Source: an archaeon
GTDB taxonomy: Archaea; Undinarchaeota; CAZHTU01; JBDRCC01
DNA: 64,000 nucleotides
NCBI GenBank assembly: GCA_043822065.1
Contig: JBDRCC010000020.1
Span: 64,001 to 128,000 of the forward strand
Reading direction: 5' to 3'
The notes beneath the pieces are model-generated. The model made no database searches and was not told where the DNA came from. It saw only the letters and a program-made list of their open reading frames with translations. Positions 17,169-26,959 of this stretch are shown in pieces. Within the stretch, counting starts at the first letter, position 1. Each line of letters starts with the position of its first letter. A program made the position numbers and the translations under genes.

Positions 17169-17873
17169 ATGGAGTCCAGGCAAATAGCAACCCATGCGAT
17201 AGTTTTCTGTTCGCTACTTCTTGCGATTGTTATAGTGATAGTCGGCTCTAATTTTCCAGGGCTTGCCTACCTGAACCTAATACTGCAGGCTGTCCTAGTC
17301 TGCCTCCTGGCGGGAGTGATATTCATTCTAGACCGGATTCTCACAAAACTGGGCAAACGGGCAATAACGCCGGTCATCTCCGTCGTCCTGCTCCTCATGA
17401 TGACTGTTGCCATCGCTGGCATAGCATGGTTCTGGCTCCAGGGCATGACCCAGCAGATACTCAACGCGACAGAGCAGACTGCAGACACCCAGCTCGGCAG
17501 GCTCACGTTCGACCTCGACTTTGGAAGCGCGAAGGTCTACTGCAGCGGCCCGAACCCGTCTGACTCAGTAACCGCAGTCTCGGTCTTCGTTGCGGTAAAC
17601 GCCGGCGCCAATAACATCCTGCAGGGCGTAATCCTCAACGGCAACGTCGTCGAGGAGGCAGACTTCGAGATAGTCAAAGTCGGGGACAGCCTCGGCAACG
17701 GTGAATACAAGGAGATAAAGATACTCAACGGCGGCAACAAGTACACTGCCGGAGTCCTTGAGAAGGCTGACGATTCTGCCGACCTGGAAGTCGTCGTGAG
17801 GACGAACATCGACAAGGAAAAGGCGATAATGACCTTCGACGCCGACGCGCCATCCTCGACGACCTGCAACTAA
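17169..17873 (+). CDS. Archaeal type IV pilin with long hydrophobic leader
   Basis: Class III signal KRA^ITPVISVVLLLMMTVAIAGIAWFWL after residue 65. Confidence 0.8.
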   Translation: MESRQIATHAIVFCSLLLAIVIVIVGSNFPGLAYLNLILQAVLVCLLAGVIFILDRILTKLGKRAITPVISVVLLLMMTVAIAGIAWFWLQGMTQQILNATEQTADTQLGRLTFDLDFGSAKVYCSGPNPSDSVTAVSVFVAVNAGANNILQGVILNGNVVEEADFEIVKVGDSLGNGEYKEIKILNGGNKYTAGVLEKADDSADLEVVVRTNIDKEKAIMTFDADAPSSTTCN

Positions 17874-18469
17874 TGAGAGGCCAGTTCACACCGATAGGAG
17901 CAATACTAATTGTAGCAATCCTAATAGCCCTGATAAGCTGGACCTATCTCTGGGCAATCCCCGTCATAGAAAAGCAGAAGACCGCAGTCCTTTACGAATA
18001 CTCAAAAAGCGAGCTTGAGGAAATGCGCGACGCGGTCAGGTCCGTCGCAGGCGCGGAGGGCGCCCAGCGGACCGTCAATGTAAACCTCAAAAGCCTCGAG
18101 TTCCGCCTCAACGAGCGCGGAGGCGAATTCTCAAACTCAATTGACATGAAGATAGGCTCGGACGTAAAGCTGCTCTCGGACAGCTGGTCTGTTGTTGACT
18201 CCTCCGAGGACGACAAGGAGGCCGTCGGCGTGCTTGGCGAGGACAATGCAGGCGTCATAATAGGCAAGCAGGAAAAAGGGATACTATTCCTCCGCCTCTG
18301 GTACCGCGACCTTTACGACAGCCAGACAAAAAATTATTACAGGATAAACCTCGTCCGCAGTACCCCGTGGATAGTTGAGTCCGGGCGCCAGGAATTCGTC
18401 CTGAAGAATACTGCCCAGTACAAAGAGGGCGGCTACATAACAACCAACATAACGGTGTCGGTGAAGTAA
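17873..18469 (+). CDS. Class III signal peptide (pilin-like) protein
   Basis: MRG^QFTPIGAILIVAILIALI. Confidence 0.75.
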   Translation: MRGQFTPIGAILIVAILIALISWTYLWAIPVIEKQKTAVLYEYSKSELEEMRDAVRSVAGAEGAQRTVNVNLKSLEFRLNERGGEFSNSIDMKIGSDVKLLSDSWSVVDSSEDDKEAVGVLGEDNAGVIIGKQEKGILFLRLWYRDLYDSQTKNYYRINLVRSTPWIVESGRQEFVLKNTAQYKEGGYITTNITVSVK

Positions 18470-18868
18470 ATGCGCGCGCAGGCGACCATCATTGAGCAAT
18501 TCATCCTCTTCGCAGCAGGCTTTGTCCTTTTTATCTACATCGCCGTAGGATTTGGCGGGATACAGGGCAAGTTCTTTTTTGAGGCGCAGGAGGGGGACCT
18601 CCACTACGTCTCCGAATACGTTGCCCTAGAAATCGAGCGCGCCTGGAGCCTGATGGAGATCGGGCACGATGCCGAAGTCGAGATTACAATTGGCATTCCG
18701 GCGCCGAGGAACACCCTCCTCGAGCTTGACGGCAGCAGCGTCTGCGCGTCCGCCGACGAAAACCGGGTTTGCACGAAGGCAAACGTTCCCGCATCCCTGA
18801 AAGGAAAGACTTATAGTTTAGAAAGATTTAGCATATTCGGCTCCGGGCAGGAGATCAGGATAGAATGA
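18470..18868 (+). CDS. Class III signal peptide (pilin-like) protein
   Basis: MRA^QATIIEQFILFAAGFVLF. Confidence 0.72.
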   Translation: MRAQATIIEQFILFAAGFVLFIYIAVGFGGIQGKFFFEAQEGDLHYVSEYVALEIERAWSLMEIGHDAEVEITIGIPAPRNTLLELDGSSVCASADENRVCTKANVPASLKGKTYSLERFSIFGSGQEIRIE

Positions 18869-20406
18869 AGGAAATATCGAGAAAGCACATGGGCGAGTGG
18901 ATGCCGGAAGACAGGAGCAAGGTCGACGAGACTTACGACCTGATAAAAGTTGGCTCAAAGGCATTTGCCAAGGCGCGCATACACTGGGATGGGAAGACAA
19001 ACTCCCTCAAGTACGAAGTCATCGAGCCGAAGATAGACGACAGGCTCAAGGGCATACTCAAGCAGATTGAGAGCATACTGATAGACCGGCTCGAGATTAA
19101 GTACGACAAGTTCGACATAAAGAAGAGCGAGGACTTCATAGGGCGCGAGATGGACGTCATCGCATCAGAGTACAACTTCACGCTTTCCGAGGCAGACAAG
19201 ACCGCCCTTAGCTATTATCTCCAGCGCGATTTCATCGGGCTCGAGCGGGTTGAGCCGCTCTTCCAGGACATCAAGCTTGAGGACATATCCTGCGACGGGA
19301 CGAACGTGCCAGTCTTCGTCTTCCACAGGAACCCCTCGTACGGCTCCATCCAGACAAACACAATCTTCAGCACTCAGGACGAAATAGACTCCTTCGTGAT
19401 GAAGCTCGCCCAGAGGTGCGACCGGGCGATAAGCGTCGCAGAGCCTCTCCTCGACGGGACCCTCCCAGACGGCTCAAGGGTCCAGGCAACGTTCGGCACT
19501 GACGTCTCAAGGCGCGGCTCGACATTTACCATTCGTAAGTTCACGCCGGAGCCGCTTACGCCGGTGGACCTCCTAAAATTCGGCACGACTGATACTAGGA
19601 CTCTCGCTTACCTCTGGCTCCTCATCGAGCACGGCTACTCCATCCTTGTCGCCGGCGCCTCAGCCACCGGCAAGACTGCCCTCCTGAACGCGCTTTCGCT
19701 CTTCATCCAGCCGGACGCAAAGATAGTCAGCATAGAGGACACTGCCGAGCTCAGGCTTCCGCACGAGAACTGGATACCGCAGGTCGCAAGGATAGGCTTC
19801 GGGCCGAGGGACGAGACCGGGGACAAGCTCGGCGAGGTAAGCATGTTCGACCTGCTCAAGGCAAGCATGAGGCAGAGGCCGGACTACATAATAGTCGGCG
19901 AGGTCAGGGGGCAGGAGACCTACGTCCTCTTCCAGGAGATGGCATCCGGCCACCCCGGGCTCAGCACCATGCACGCGGACTCCATAGACGCGGTCATGGA
20001 CAGGCTCGTAACCGAGCCGATATCCCTCCCGCCGAGCCTGATAGAGAACCTCGACGTCCTGATAGTCATAGTCCGCGAAAAGATCAAGGGCAAATACGTC
20101 AGGCGGATAAAGCGGATTGTCGAGGTCACCGGCTTCGACGCCAGAAACAACAAGCCGATAATAAACGAGGTCTTCAGGTGGGACCACGCAAAGGACAGCT
20201 TCCTGACCGTCTCCGAGAGCAAGCTCCTCAAGGACATAATGAACGAGCGCGGGGCAAACAGGGAGAGCCTCAATGAGGAGCTCCACCGGAGGGCGCAGAT
20301 ACTCGAGTGGTTTGTCAAGAAGAAGATTACAAACTACCGCGACGTTCACAAGTACATAGACATGTACTACACTGACCCTGCCGCGCTCCTTGACACACTA
20401 GGATGA
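18865..20406 (+). CDS. Type II/IV secretion (pilus assembly) ATPase, FlaI/PilB-like
   Basis: EDISCDG, LPDGSRVQ, TIRKF, Walker A GASATGKT, SIEDTAEL, RQRPDYIIVGEVRG, STMHA. Confidence 0.95.
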   Translation: MKEISRKHMGEWMPEDRSKVDETYDLIKVGSKAFAKARIHWDGKTNSLKYEVIEPKIDDRLKGILKQIESILIDRLEIKYDKFDIKKSEDFIGREMDVIASEYNFTLSEADKTALSYYLQRDFIGLERVEPLFQDIKLEDISCDGTNVPVFVFHRNPSYGSIQTNTIFSTQDEIDSFVMKLAQRCDRAISVAEPLLDGTLPDGSRVQATFGTDVSRRGSTFTIRKFTPEPLTPVDLLKFGTTDTRTLAYLWLLIEHGYSILVAGASATGKTALLNALSLFIQPDAKIVSIEDTAELRLPHENWIPQVARIGFGPRDETGDKLGEVSMFDLLKASMRQRPDYIIVGEVRGQETYVLFQEMASGHPGLSTMHADSIDAVMDRLVTEPISLPPSLIENLDVLIVIVREKIKGKYVRRIKRIVEVTGFDARNNKPIINEVFRWDHAKDSFLTVSESKLLKDIMNERGANRESLNEELHRRAQILEWFVKKKITNYRDVHKYIDMYYTDPAALLDTLG

Positions 20407-21275
20407 GCAAATACAACGAGCTGGCGCACAGGCTGTTCAAGAGGCAGGCGGACAGCTACAAGCATTATTTTGACAACCTCCGGATAGACCTCAAGAAGGC
20501 CAACATGGCAATCACGATTGAGGAATACCTGTCCACTGCCATGCTTTCTTCAGTCATCTCTTTTGTCTTCATCTCGCTAATCTGCCTCCCAGTCCTTTCG
20601 CTCCTTATCAAGGAAATCAACCCGATATTCCTCGTTCCGCTGTCCCTGGTCCTAGGCGTTTCTACCGGCTCGGCGGTTTTTGTCGCCTACCTCATGTACC
20701 CAACTTCCCAGGAGACAAGAATTAGCAAGCAGATAGACATGAACCTCCCGTTTGCTTCCATATACATGGCGACGGTCTCAGGCGCAGGGATACCTGCCCA
20801 CCAGATGTTCAAGCTCCTCTCCCAGTTCAAGGAATACGGCGTGGTCTCAAGGGAGGCAGGCACAATCTCCACAGAAACCGAGCTCTTCGGAAAGGACATC
20901 CAGGAGGCCATAAAGCGCGCAGCGGAGCGGACGCCAAACGAGGACTTCAAGGAGATGCTCTGGGGGATACACACCATAGTCTCCAGCGGCGGGAGCCTTA
21001 GGAATTTCCTGAGCAGCACGAGCAAGAACCTCATGCGCCAGTACAACATGAGGATAGAGCAGTTCGGGAAGAAGCTCTCCATGTTCCTTGAGCTTTACCT
21101 GACGCTGATATTCGTCGGGGCGATATTCTTCCTCATACTCAGCACCATCTTCGGGGCGATAGGCGCCGCGACCTCAACTGTGCTTTTCATGAACAAGCTG
21201 ATAGTCTACTTCGCCCTCCCAGTCATCACAATCTTCTTCATAGCAATAATAAAGAACATTTCACCAGGCGGATGA
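20403..21275 (+). CDS. Type II secretion system F (TadC/PilC-like) membrane platform protein
   Basis: LKKANM, IDMNLPFASIYMA, GKDIQEAI..RTP, TM helices. Confidence 0.88.
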   Translation: MSKYNELAHRLFKRQADSYKHYFDNLRIDLKKANMAITIEEYLSTAMLSSVISFVFISLICLPVLSLLIKEINPIFLVPLSLVLGVSTGSAVFVAYLMYPTSQETRISKQIDMNLPFASIYMATVSGAGIPAHQMFKLLSQFKEYGVVSREAGTISTETELFGKDIQEAIKRAAERTPNEDFKEMLWGIHTIVSSGGSLRNFLSSTSKNLMRQYNMRIEQFGKKLSMFLELYLTLIFVGAIFFLILSTIFGAIGAATSTVLFMNKLIVYFALPVITIFFIAIIKNISPGG

Positions 21276-22189
21276 TAGACCTAAAAGAGATGGCACCGGA
21301 AAAGAAGGTCCTTGTGTTCAGCGGAGCGAGTGCAGTTGTTCTCCTGCTCATCCCGTTCCTCTTCTACGGCAAGCCGGTTTTCCTGAAGCTGATAGGCGGC
21401 TTTACCTTTGGTGCCATCCTAATCGCGGCGATACCCTACCTTGCGATACTCTACATCCGGAAGCGGCGCGTGGTCGTCCTTGAGGACCAGTTCCCGAACT
21501 TCCTGCGGGACATTGGCGAGACTAAGAAGTCCGGCATGACACTCCCGCTTGCCATCCAGACAGCGACAAAGATAGACTACGGCGGGCTGAACGACGACAT
21601 AAAGCTGATGGCAAACCAGATTTCCTGGGGCGTGCCGTTCCCAGACGTAATCGAAAGGTTCTCCAAGCGGGCAAACTCCCCGTTTATCTCCAGGGCCGTA
21701 AGAATCATACTTGAGGCTGAGCGGAGCGGCGGGAACATCGCCGACGTGCTGGAATCCGTTGCTGAGGACGCAAGGATGATAAAGGAGGCTGAAATCCAGA
21801 GGGAGGTCTCCATGAGCGAATACCTCGCGACAGTCTACACTATATTCTTTATCTTCCTTGGCATAATCGTTGCGCTCAACCGCATCCTCCTCCCGCTCGC
21901 GTCAATCCCGGCAATCTCCGGATTCGGCGTAACCATGGCTGGCGGGACATACATCTTCAACGTGTCGTTCAAGATACTTTTCCTGCACATGACCCTGATA
22001 CAGGGGTTCCTCAGCGGCCTCCTTGCAGGGGAGATAAGCAAGTCCTCGCTGGTCGCAGGGCTCAAGCACTCCCTTATTTTCGTGCTTGCGGCATTCTTCG
22101 TGTTTATGGTCGCAGTCTATGACTTCCAGATCCAGTGCATGTTTGCGCCCACAGTGTCCATGTTCGAGGCGATGGGCTGCATCGGCTAA
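21272..22189 (+). CDS. Type II secretion system F (TadC/PilC-like) membrane platform protein
   Basis: FPNFLRDIGE..KSGMTL, DYGGL, QISWGVPF, SGGNIADVL. Confidence 0.88.
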   Translation: MIDLKEMAPEKKVLVFSGASAVVLLLIPFLFYGKPVFLKLIGGFTFGAILIAAIPYLAILYIRKRRVVVLEDQFPNFLRDIGETKKSGMTLPLAIQTATKIDYGGLNDDIKLMANQISWGVPFPDVIERFSKRANSPFISRAVRIILEAERSGGNIADVLESVAEDARMIKEAEIQREVSMSEYLATVYTIFFIFLGIIVALNRILLPLASIPAISGFGVTMAGGTYIFNVSFKILFLHMTLIQGFLSGLLAGEISKSSLVAGLKHSLIFVLAAFFVFMVAVYDFQIQCMFAPTVSMFEAMGCIG

Positions 22190-22190
22190 G

Positions 22191-22655
22191 ATGAGGGGAC
22201 AAAACTATCTGGGCTTCTTAGTGTCATCCGTAGTCCTCCTGATTGTTGTTGCCTATGCCGCATCATCCATGGTCGACATCGTTGTCCCTGCGCTGGAGGA
22301 CAGGCAGGAAATGCTGATGGAGGTCCGCGCCTACTCTATCTTCCACCAGCTAGTGTCTTCGCCAGGCTACAAGGCGTCCTGGGAGGCAAGCCCCGGCTCG
22401 GTTGAGTTCATAGGGCTTGCAGAGGAATACGGCACCCTCTCATCGGCAAAGCTGCAGGCGCTGAAAAAGGCAAGCCCGGAAAAAATAAAGCAGTCTTTCG
22501 GCGATGAATACGACTATCAGATATGCCTTGGCGGATGCGGCGCGTACAGCGTCTCGACATCCTCTGTTGTCGAATCCCAAAGCGAGGTGTTTGTCCAATT
22601 CCCGGTAGCGATTGACGACGGGACTTACTCAACCTTGCGGGTGGTTGTCAGATGA
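22191..22655 (+). CDS. Class III signal peptide (pilin-like) protein
   Basis: MRG^QNYLGFLVSSVVLLIVV; SPG..WE..IGLA pattern. Confidence 0.72.
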   Translation: MRGQNYLGFLVSSVVLLIVVAYAASSMVDIVVPALEDRQEMLMEVRAYSIFHQLVSSPGYKASWEASPGSVEFIGLAEEYGTLSSAKLQALKKASPEKIKQSFGDEYDYQICLGGCGAYSVSTSSVVESQSEVFVQFPVAIDDGTYSTLRVVVR

Positions 22656-23053
22656 GGGCGTGGCTTAGGATTATCGAGGTCGTGATGGCAGCAATCCTGC
22701 TTATATCCTTCCTGCACCTTGCGCAGTCCCTTGCCTTTTACGAGCCTGACGTCAACCGCAAGCTGGCTGACCTGAACGTCCTCTCCCAGCAGGTCCTGCT
22801 TACGCTTGATAGCACCCCCATTGGCGAGAGCTACCTTCAGGAGGCAGTGCGCGCATCCGATTATGCAATGCTTAACGAGAAGACTGCGGAGATAGTCCCG
22901 CCGACCTACTTATTTGCTTACTCTACCGATGCAGTCTCAGCTAAGCTCCCTGCAGAGCCAGACATAGGCCACAGCTCTTATCTTGTTTCTTATCTCTCAG
23001 GCGGGGAAGTCAAGACAAAAAAAGTCGTGCTGTATGTCTGGAGGGCGATATGA
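22652..23053 (+). CDS. Class III signal peptide (pilin-like) protein
   Basis: MRA^WLRIIEVVMAAILLISFL; C-terminal VVLYVW. Confidence 0.72.
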   Translation: MRAWLRIIEVVMAAILLISFLHLAQSLAFYEPDVNRKLADLNVLSQQVLLTLDSTPIGESYLQEAVRASDYAMLNEKTAEIVPPTYLFAYSTDAVSAKLPAEPDIGHSSYLVSYLSGGEVKTKKVVLYVWRAI

Positions 23054-23427
23054 GGGGGCAGTTCTTCATCCTCAGTGCAGTGATAATAATCGCGGCCATA
23101 GCTGGCATCGTCGTGCTCCTTTCCGGCGAGACAGTCTCACTCTACGCCAATGTAAACGATGACACGGACTTCAGGCTTTACAACCTCGAGTCGCAGGCCG
23201 AGACTGTGCTCCGGCTTTCAGTCCAGGCCGGGCTCTCGCTAAGCCAGATTGAGGACGCGTTCTCAGGTTACGCCGAATACTCGGAGCGCGAGCTTGCAAA
23301 GGAGAGGATTTCCGCAACTTGGGAGTATGAGCTGTCCGGCAGCCAGTCAAGCCCAACCCTCACCTACACGCTAACCCTGAAAAACGGAAAAACCGTCGTG
23401 CGGGACTCAGCAGCCGTTTCTCCATAG
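23050..23427 (+). CDS. Class III signal peptide (pilin-like) protein
   Basis: MRG^QFFILSAVIIIAAIAGIVV. Confidence 0.72.
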   Translation: MRGQFFILSAVIIIAAIAGIVVLLSGETVSLYANVNDDTDFRLYNLESQAETVLRLSVQAGLSLSQIEDAFSGYAEYSERELAKERISATWEYELSGSQSSPTLTYTLTLKNGKTVVRDSAAVSP

Positions 23428-23463
23428 GAAAAGATTTATACTATCCACCCATTAAAATGCACC

Positions 23464-24078
23464 ATGATTGAGGAGCTTCTAGGGGAGGTTGGAGCCGTCA
23501 AATTCGGCGAATTTACCTGGAAATCCGGAAAACAGGCGCCTTATTATGTCGACCTCAGGATACTGCCAAGCTTTCCGGAGGCGTTCAAGATAGTCGCGTC
23601 ACAGATGGCGGAAGCCGTGAAAAAAATCCCAGACTACCAGTCGCGCAGGCTGGTTGGCGTCCCGCTGTCCGGCATATCCTTTGCGACCGCTGTCGGCCTG
23701 GAGCTGAACATGCCGGTGCTCTTTGCCAGGAAAGAGGCAAAGGGGCACGGCACCAAGAAGCTGCTTGAGGGGATTTTCAAGGCAGGTGACAGGGTAATTC
23801 TCATAGAAGACGTAATCTCGACAGGCGTCAGCTCATCAGAGACGATAAGCAAGCTAAAAGAGGGGGGCCTTGCCGTCGAGGACATAGTCGCCGTGCTTGA
23901 GCACGGGATTGGCGGCAGGGAGAACCTGCACGCGCTCGGCCTTAGGGTCCACACCCTCACCAACATGACAAAGATTGTCAAGAGGCTTTCTTCCGGCGGA
24001 AAGGTCCCAAAGGAAAAGGTGAAAACAGTTGAGGAGTTTGTCAAAGCCGCCCTTACGGAACGAAATGCTAAGAACTAA
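23464..24078 (+). CDS. pyrE: Orotate phosphoribosyltransferase
   Basis: KFGEFTWKSG, YVDLR, RKEAKGHGT, LIEDVISTG. Confidence 0.93.
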   Translation: MIEELLGEVGAVKFGEFTWKSGKQAPYYVDLRILPSFPEAFKIVASQMAEAVKKIPDYQSRRLVGVPLSGISFATAVGLELNMPVLFARKEAKGHGTKKLLEGIFKAGDRVILIEDVISTGVSSSETISKLKEGGLAVEDIVAVLEHGIGGRENLHALGLRVHTLTNMTKIVKRLSSGGKVPKEKVKTVEEFVKAALTERNAKN

Positions 24079-24952
24079 GCTCGCAGGCGTCGAATTAAGG
24101 AACCCGCTTATACTTGCCTCAGGCATACTTGGGGACACAGGGCCCTCCCTCAAGCGGGCTTATGAGGCTGGCGCAGGCGCGGTCACGACAAAGTCGATAA
24201 ACGCAACAGAGCGCGAAGGCCACCCCAACCCGATAATAGTCGAGTACGAGCACGGCCTCCTGAATGCGGTGGGGCTTTCCTCCCAGCCGGCCGAGAAGTT
24301 CCTAAATGAGATAGACGCGTACTCCTTCCCGATCATAGTCAGCGTCCAGGGGCGCAAGCCGGAGGACTACGTGTCCGTCATCAAGCGGCTTGAGCAGAAG
24401 GCTGCAATTTTTGAGCTTAACCTTTCCTGCCCCAACATAGAGGGCATCATGCCGGCCGGCGACCCTGGCGAGGTGAAAAAAATAGTCTCCCTGGCATCAG
24501 CCTCAACCCAAAAGCCGGTTTTCGTCAAGCTAAGCCCTAACGTCCCTGACATTGCATCAATCGCAATGGCTGCCGAGCGCGCAGGTGCGGACGGAATAAC
24601 CGCGATAAATACAGTCGGCCCTGGGATGGTTATCGACATAGAGACAAAACAGCCAATACTCTCCTTCAAGAAGGGCGGCGTCTCCGGGCCCGCCATACGC
24701 CCGGTCGCGGTAAGGTGTATCTACGATATCTACGAAGCAGTGGAAATACCAATCATCGGCGTCGGCGGGGTTTTAACATGGGCGGATGCAGTCGAATTTG
24801 TCCTTGCGGGCGCAGTAGGCATCGGCGTCGGCACTGCGATAATGTACAGCGGCCTCCCAATCTTCAAGGAAATAGAGCAGGGGCTTTCTGCCTACCTCAA
24901 AAAGAACAAATTCAGCTCGCTTGATGAGCTCAGGGGGCTTGCCCATGAATAG
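24065..24952 (+). CDS. pyrD: Dihydroorotate dehydrogenase, catalytic subunit (class 1B)
   Basis: NPLILASG, TTKS, ELNLSCPN, VKLSPN, INT, GGVSGPAIRP. Confidence 0.95.
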   Translation: MLRTKLAGVELRNPLILASGILGDTGPSLKRAYEAGAGAVTTKSINATEREGHPNPIIVEYEHGLLNAVGLSSQPAEKFLNEIDAYSFPIIVSVQGRKPEDYVSVIKRLEQKAAIFELNLSCPNIEGIMPAGDPGEVKKIVSLASASTQKPVFVKLSPNVPDIASIAMAAERAGADGITAINTVGPGMVIDIETKQPILSFKKGGVSGPAIRPVAVRCIYDIYEAVEIPIIGVGGVLTWADAVEFVLAGAVGIGVGTAIMYSGLPIFKEIEQGLSAYLKKNKFSSLDELRGLAHE

Positions 24953-25694
24953 GCCGGAGGTAGTCTCAATAACAAAGGTCGTCCAGCACGCCCCTGACAT
25001 ACGGACGTTCATCCTCTCAAAAAGCTTCTCCCCGCGCGCCGGGCAGTTCTGCATGGTTTGGGTGCCTGGCACGGGCGAGATACCAATGTCCTTCTCACAT
25101 GAGAACGGATTCACCGTCAGGAAGGTCGGCAAGGTCAGCTCTGCCCTTTTCAAAATGAAGCCGGGCGACAAGCTTGGAATCCGCGGCCCGTACGGGAACG
25201 GGTTCAAGCTCAAGGGGAAGAGCGCGCTCATCGTCGCGGGCGGCTGCGGCGTTGCTCCGCTCCTTTTGCTTAACAAGCAGCTAAAGGCGAAAAAGGCAGT
25301 CATACAGGGCGGCTCAACCAAGCGCGACCTCGTCTTCAAGGGGGAGCTCGGCAGCATAAAATGCACCGACGACGGCTCGGAAGGCTACAAGGGGTTCCCT
25401 ACATCCAAGGTCGAGGAGCTCCTGAATAAAACGAAGTTCGACCAGATTTACACCTGCGGCCCGGAAGCCATGATGGCAAAGGTAGTTGAAATCGGGGCGC
25501 GGCACAGGATTCCTGTCCAAGCCAGCCTTGAGCGGTACATGAAGTGCGCGTGCGGCATCTGCGGCTCGTGCGTCCTTGACCCGAGCGGCCTTCTGGTCTG
25601 CAAGGACGGCCCAGTATTTACCGGGCGGCAGCTGCGCGGGACAAGCTTTGGAAAGACAAGGAGGTCGAAATCAGGTAAAAAATGCACGATTTAG
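24945..25694 (+). CDS. pyrK: Dihydroorotate dehydrogenase electron transfer subunit
   Basis: GQFCMVW, RGPYGNGF, GGCGVAP, CGPE, MKCACGICGSC..CKDGPVF. Confidence 0.93.
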   Translation: MNRPEVVSITKVVQHAPDIRTFILSKSFSPRAGQFCMVWVPGTGEIPMSFSHENGFTVRKVGKVSSALFKMKPGDKLGIRGPYGNGFKLKGKSALIVAGGCGVAPLLLLNKQLKAKKAVIQGGSTKRDLVFKGELGSIKCTDDGSEGYKGFPTSKVEELLNKTKFDQIYTCGPEAMMAKVVEIGARHRIPVQASLERYMKCACGICGSCVLDPSGLLVCKDGPVFTGRQLRGTSFGKTRRSKSGKKCTI

Positions 25695-26959
25695 TCATCC
25701 TCAACGCAAAGGTCATGCGCCCAAAGGGGCTGGACGGGGTAAACATTGGAATCGACGGCGGCAAGATAACTGCCTTTGCAAAAAGCAAAATCCGCGCCGA
25801 GCGCACAATAGATGCGACCAGCTTCATAGTGCTTCCTGGGCTGATAGACATCCACGCCCATTTCCGCGACCCAGGCGAGACAAAAAAGGAGGACTTCTTC
25901 ACAGGCACCTGTGCGGCGGCGCACTCCGGCGTGACTACTGTCTTTGACATGCCGAATAATGACCCTCCAATCAAGAGCATGTCCGACCTGAGGCGGAAGG
26001 ACAAGATAGTCTCAGGCAAGGCGGTTATTGACTATGCGCTCTACCTTGGGGCAAAAAACCCCTACGAGGTTAAGGAGTCCCCGCTCACCAAATTCTACAC
26101 CGGCGGCTCCCAGCAGCTCTCAGTCTCCGAAAGGGAGTTTGAATCGTGCTATGCCGAAGCCAAGCACGCAGTCGTCCACGCAGAGGACTCGCAGGTCGTC
26201 GAGGCGAACCGGGCCAAAATAAAGAACCCGACAATCAAGGACCAATGCAGGATACAGGACGCCGAGTCTGCAGTCAAGGGGATAGAATTTGTCGGCAGGA
26301 TGTACCGGACCCACCAGCGCCAGACGCACGTAACCCACATTTCGACTCCAGCAGAAATATCCGCGCTCCTTCCGGGGATAAGCTGCGACATGACGCCGCA
26401 CCACCTCCTCCTCAGCAGGGACGATGCGGTCAACAACTTCTACAAGGTCGACCCGCCCCTCAGGCCGAAGGAGGACCAGAAAAAGCTCTGGCAGGAGCTC
26501 GAGGCAAGGGTCACAATGCTCTCCACCGACCACGCGCCGCACCTTAAGTCTGAAAAGGAGAAGGACTTTGAGGAAGCGCCGTCCGGCCTGCCAGAACTGG
26601 ACACTTACCTCCCCCTAATGCTAACAAAGGTAAACCAGGGCCTTCTCTCGCTGACTACATTTGTCAAGATGGCGTCTTCAAATCCCGCAGCGATATTCGG
26701 CTTAGAGTCAAAGGGCGCGATAGACATCGGCAAGGACGCCGACTTTGCGATAATAAACCTAAAAGAGGAAGGAGCTATACGGTCTGACAGCCTTTTCACC
26801 AAATGCGGCTGGACGCCGTACGAGGGCTGGAAAACTATAGGAAGCCTGAAAACGACGATAGTCCGCGGAGAAATTGTTTTTGATAACGGCGAGGTGACAA
26901 AGAAAAAATGGGGCAAGAATCTCCTATTGTCCTCGCGCTCGACACAACAGACAGAGTAA
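25682..26959 (+). CDS. pyrC: Dihydroorotase
   Basis: PGLIDIHAHFRDPG, DMPN, HAED, HIST, PPLR, TDHAPH. Confidence 0.93.
   Translation: MHDLVILNAKVMRPKGLDGVNIGIDGGKITAFAKSKIRAERTIDATSFIVLPGLIDIHAHFRDPGETKKEDFFTGTCAAAHSGVTTVFDMPNNDPPIKSMSDLRRKDKIVSGKAVIDYALYLGAKNPYEVKESPLTKFYTGGSQQLSVSEREFESCYAEAKHAVVHAEDSQVVEANRAKIKNPTIKDQCRIQDAESAVKGIEFVGRMYRTHQRQTHVTHISTPAEISALLPGISCDMTPHHLLLSRDDAVNNFYKVDPPLRPKEDQKKLWQELEARVTMLSTDHAPHLKSEKEKDFEEAPSGLPELDTYLPLMLTKVNQGLLSLTTFVKMASSNPAAIFGLESKGAIDIGKDADFAIINLKEEGAIRSDSLFTKCGWTPYEGWKTIGSLKTTIVRGEIVFDNGEVTKKKWGKNLLLSSRSTQQTE

Noticed and set aside
16536-23427. Archaellum operon
   Set aside because: No archaellin, FlaH or FlaF/G homologues; two TadC-like genes point to a pilus
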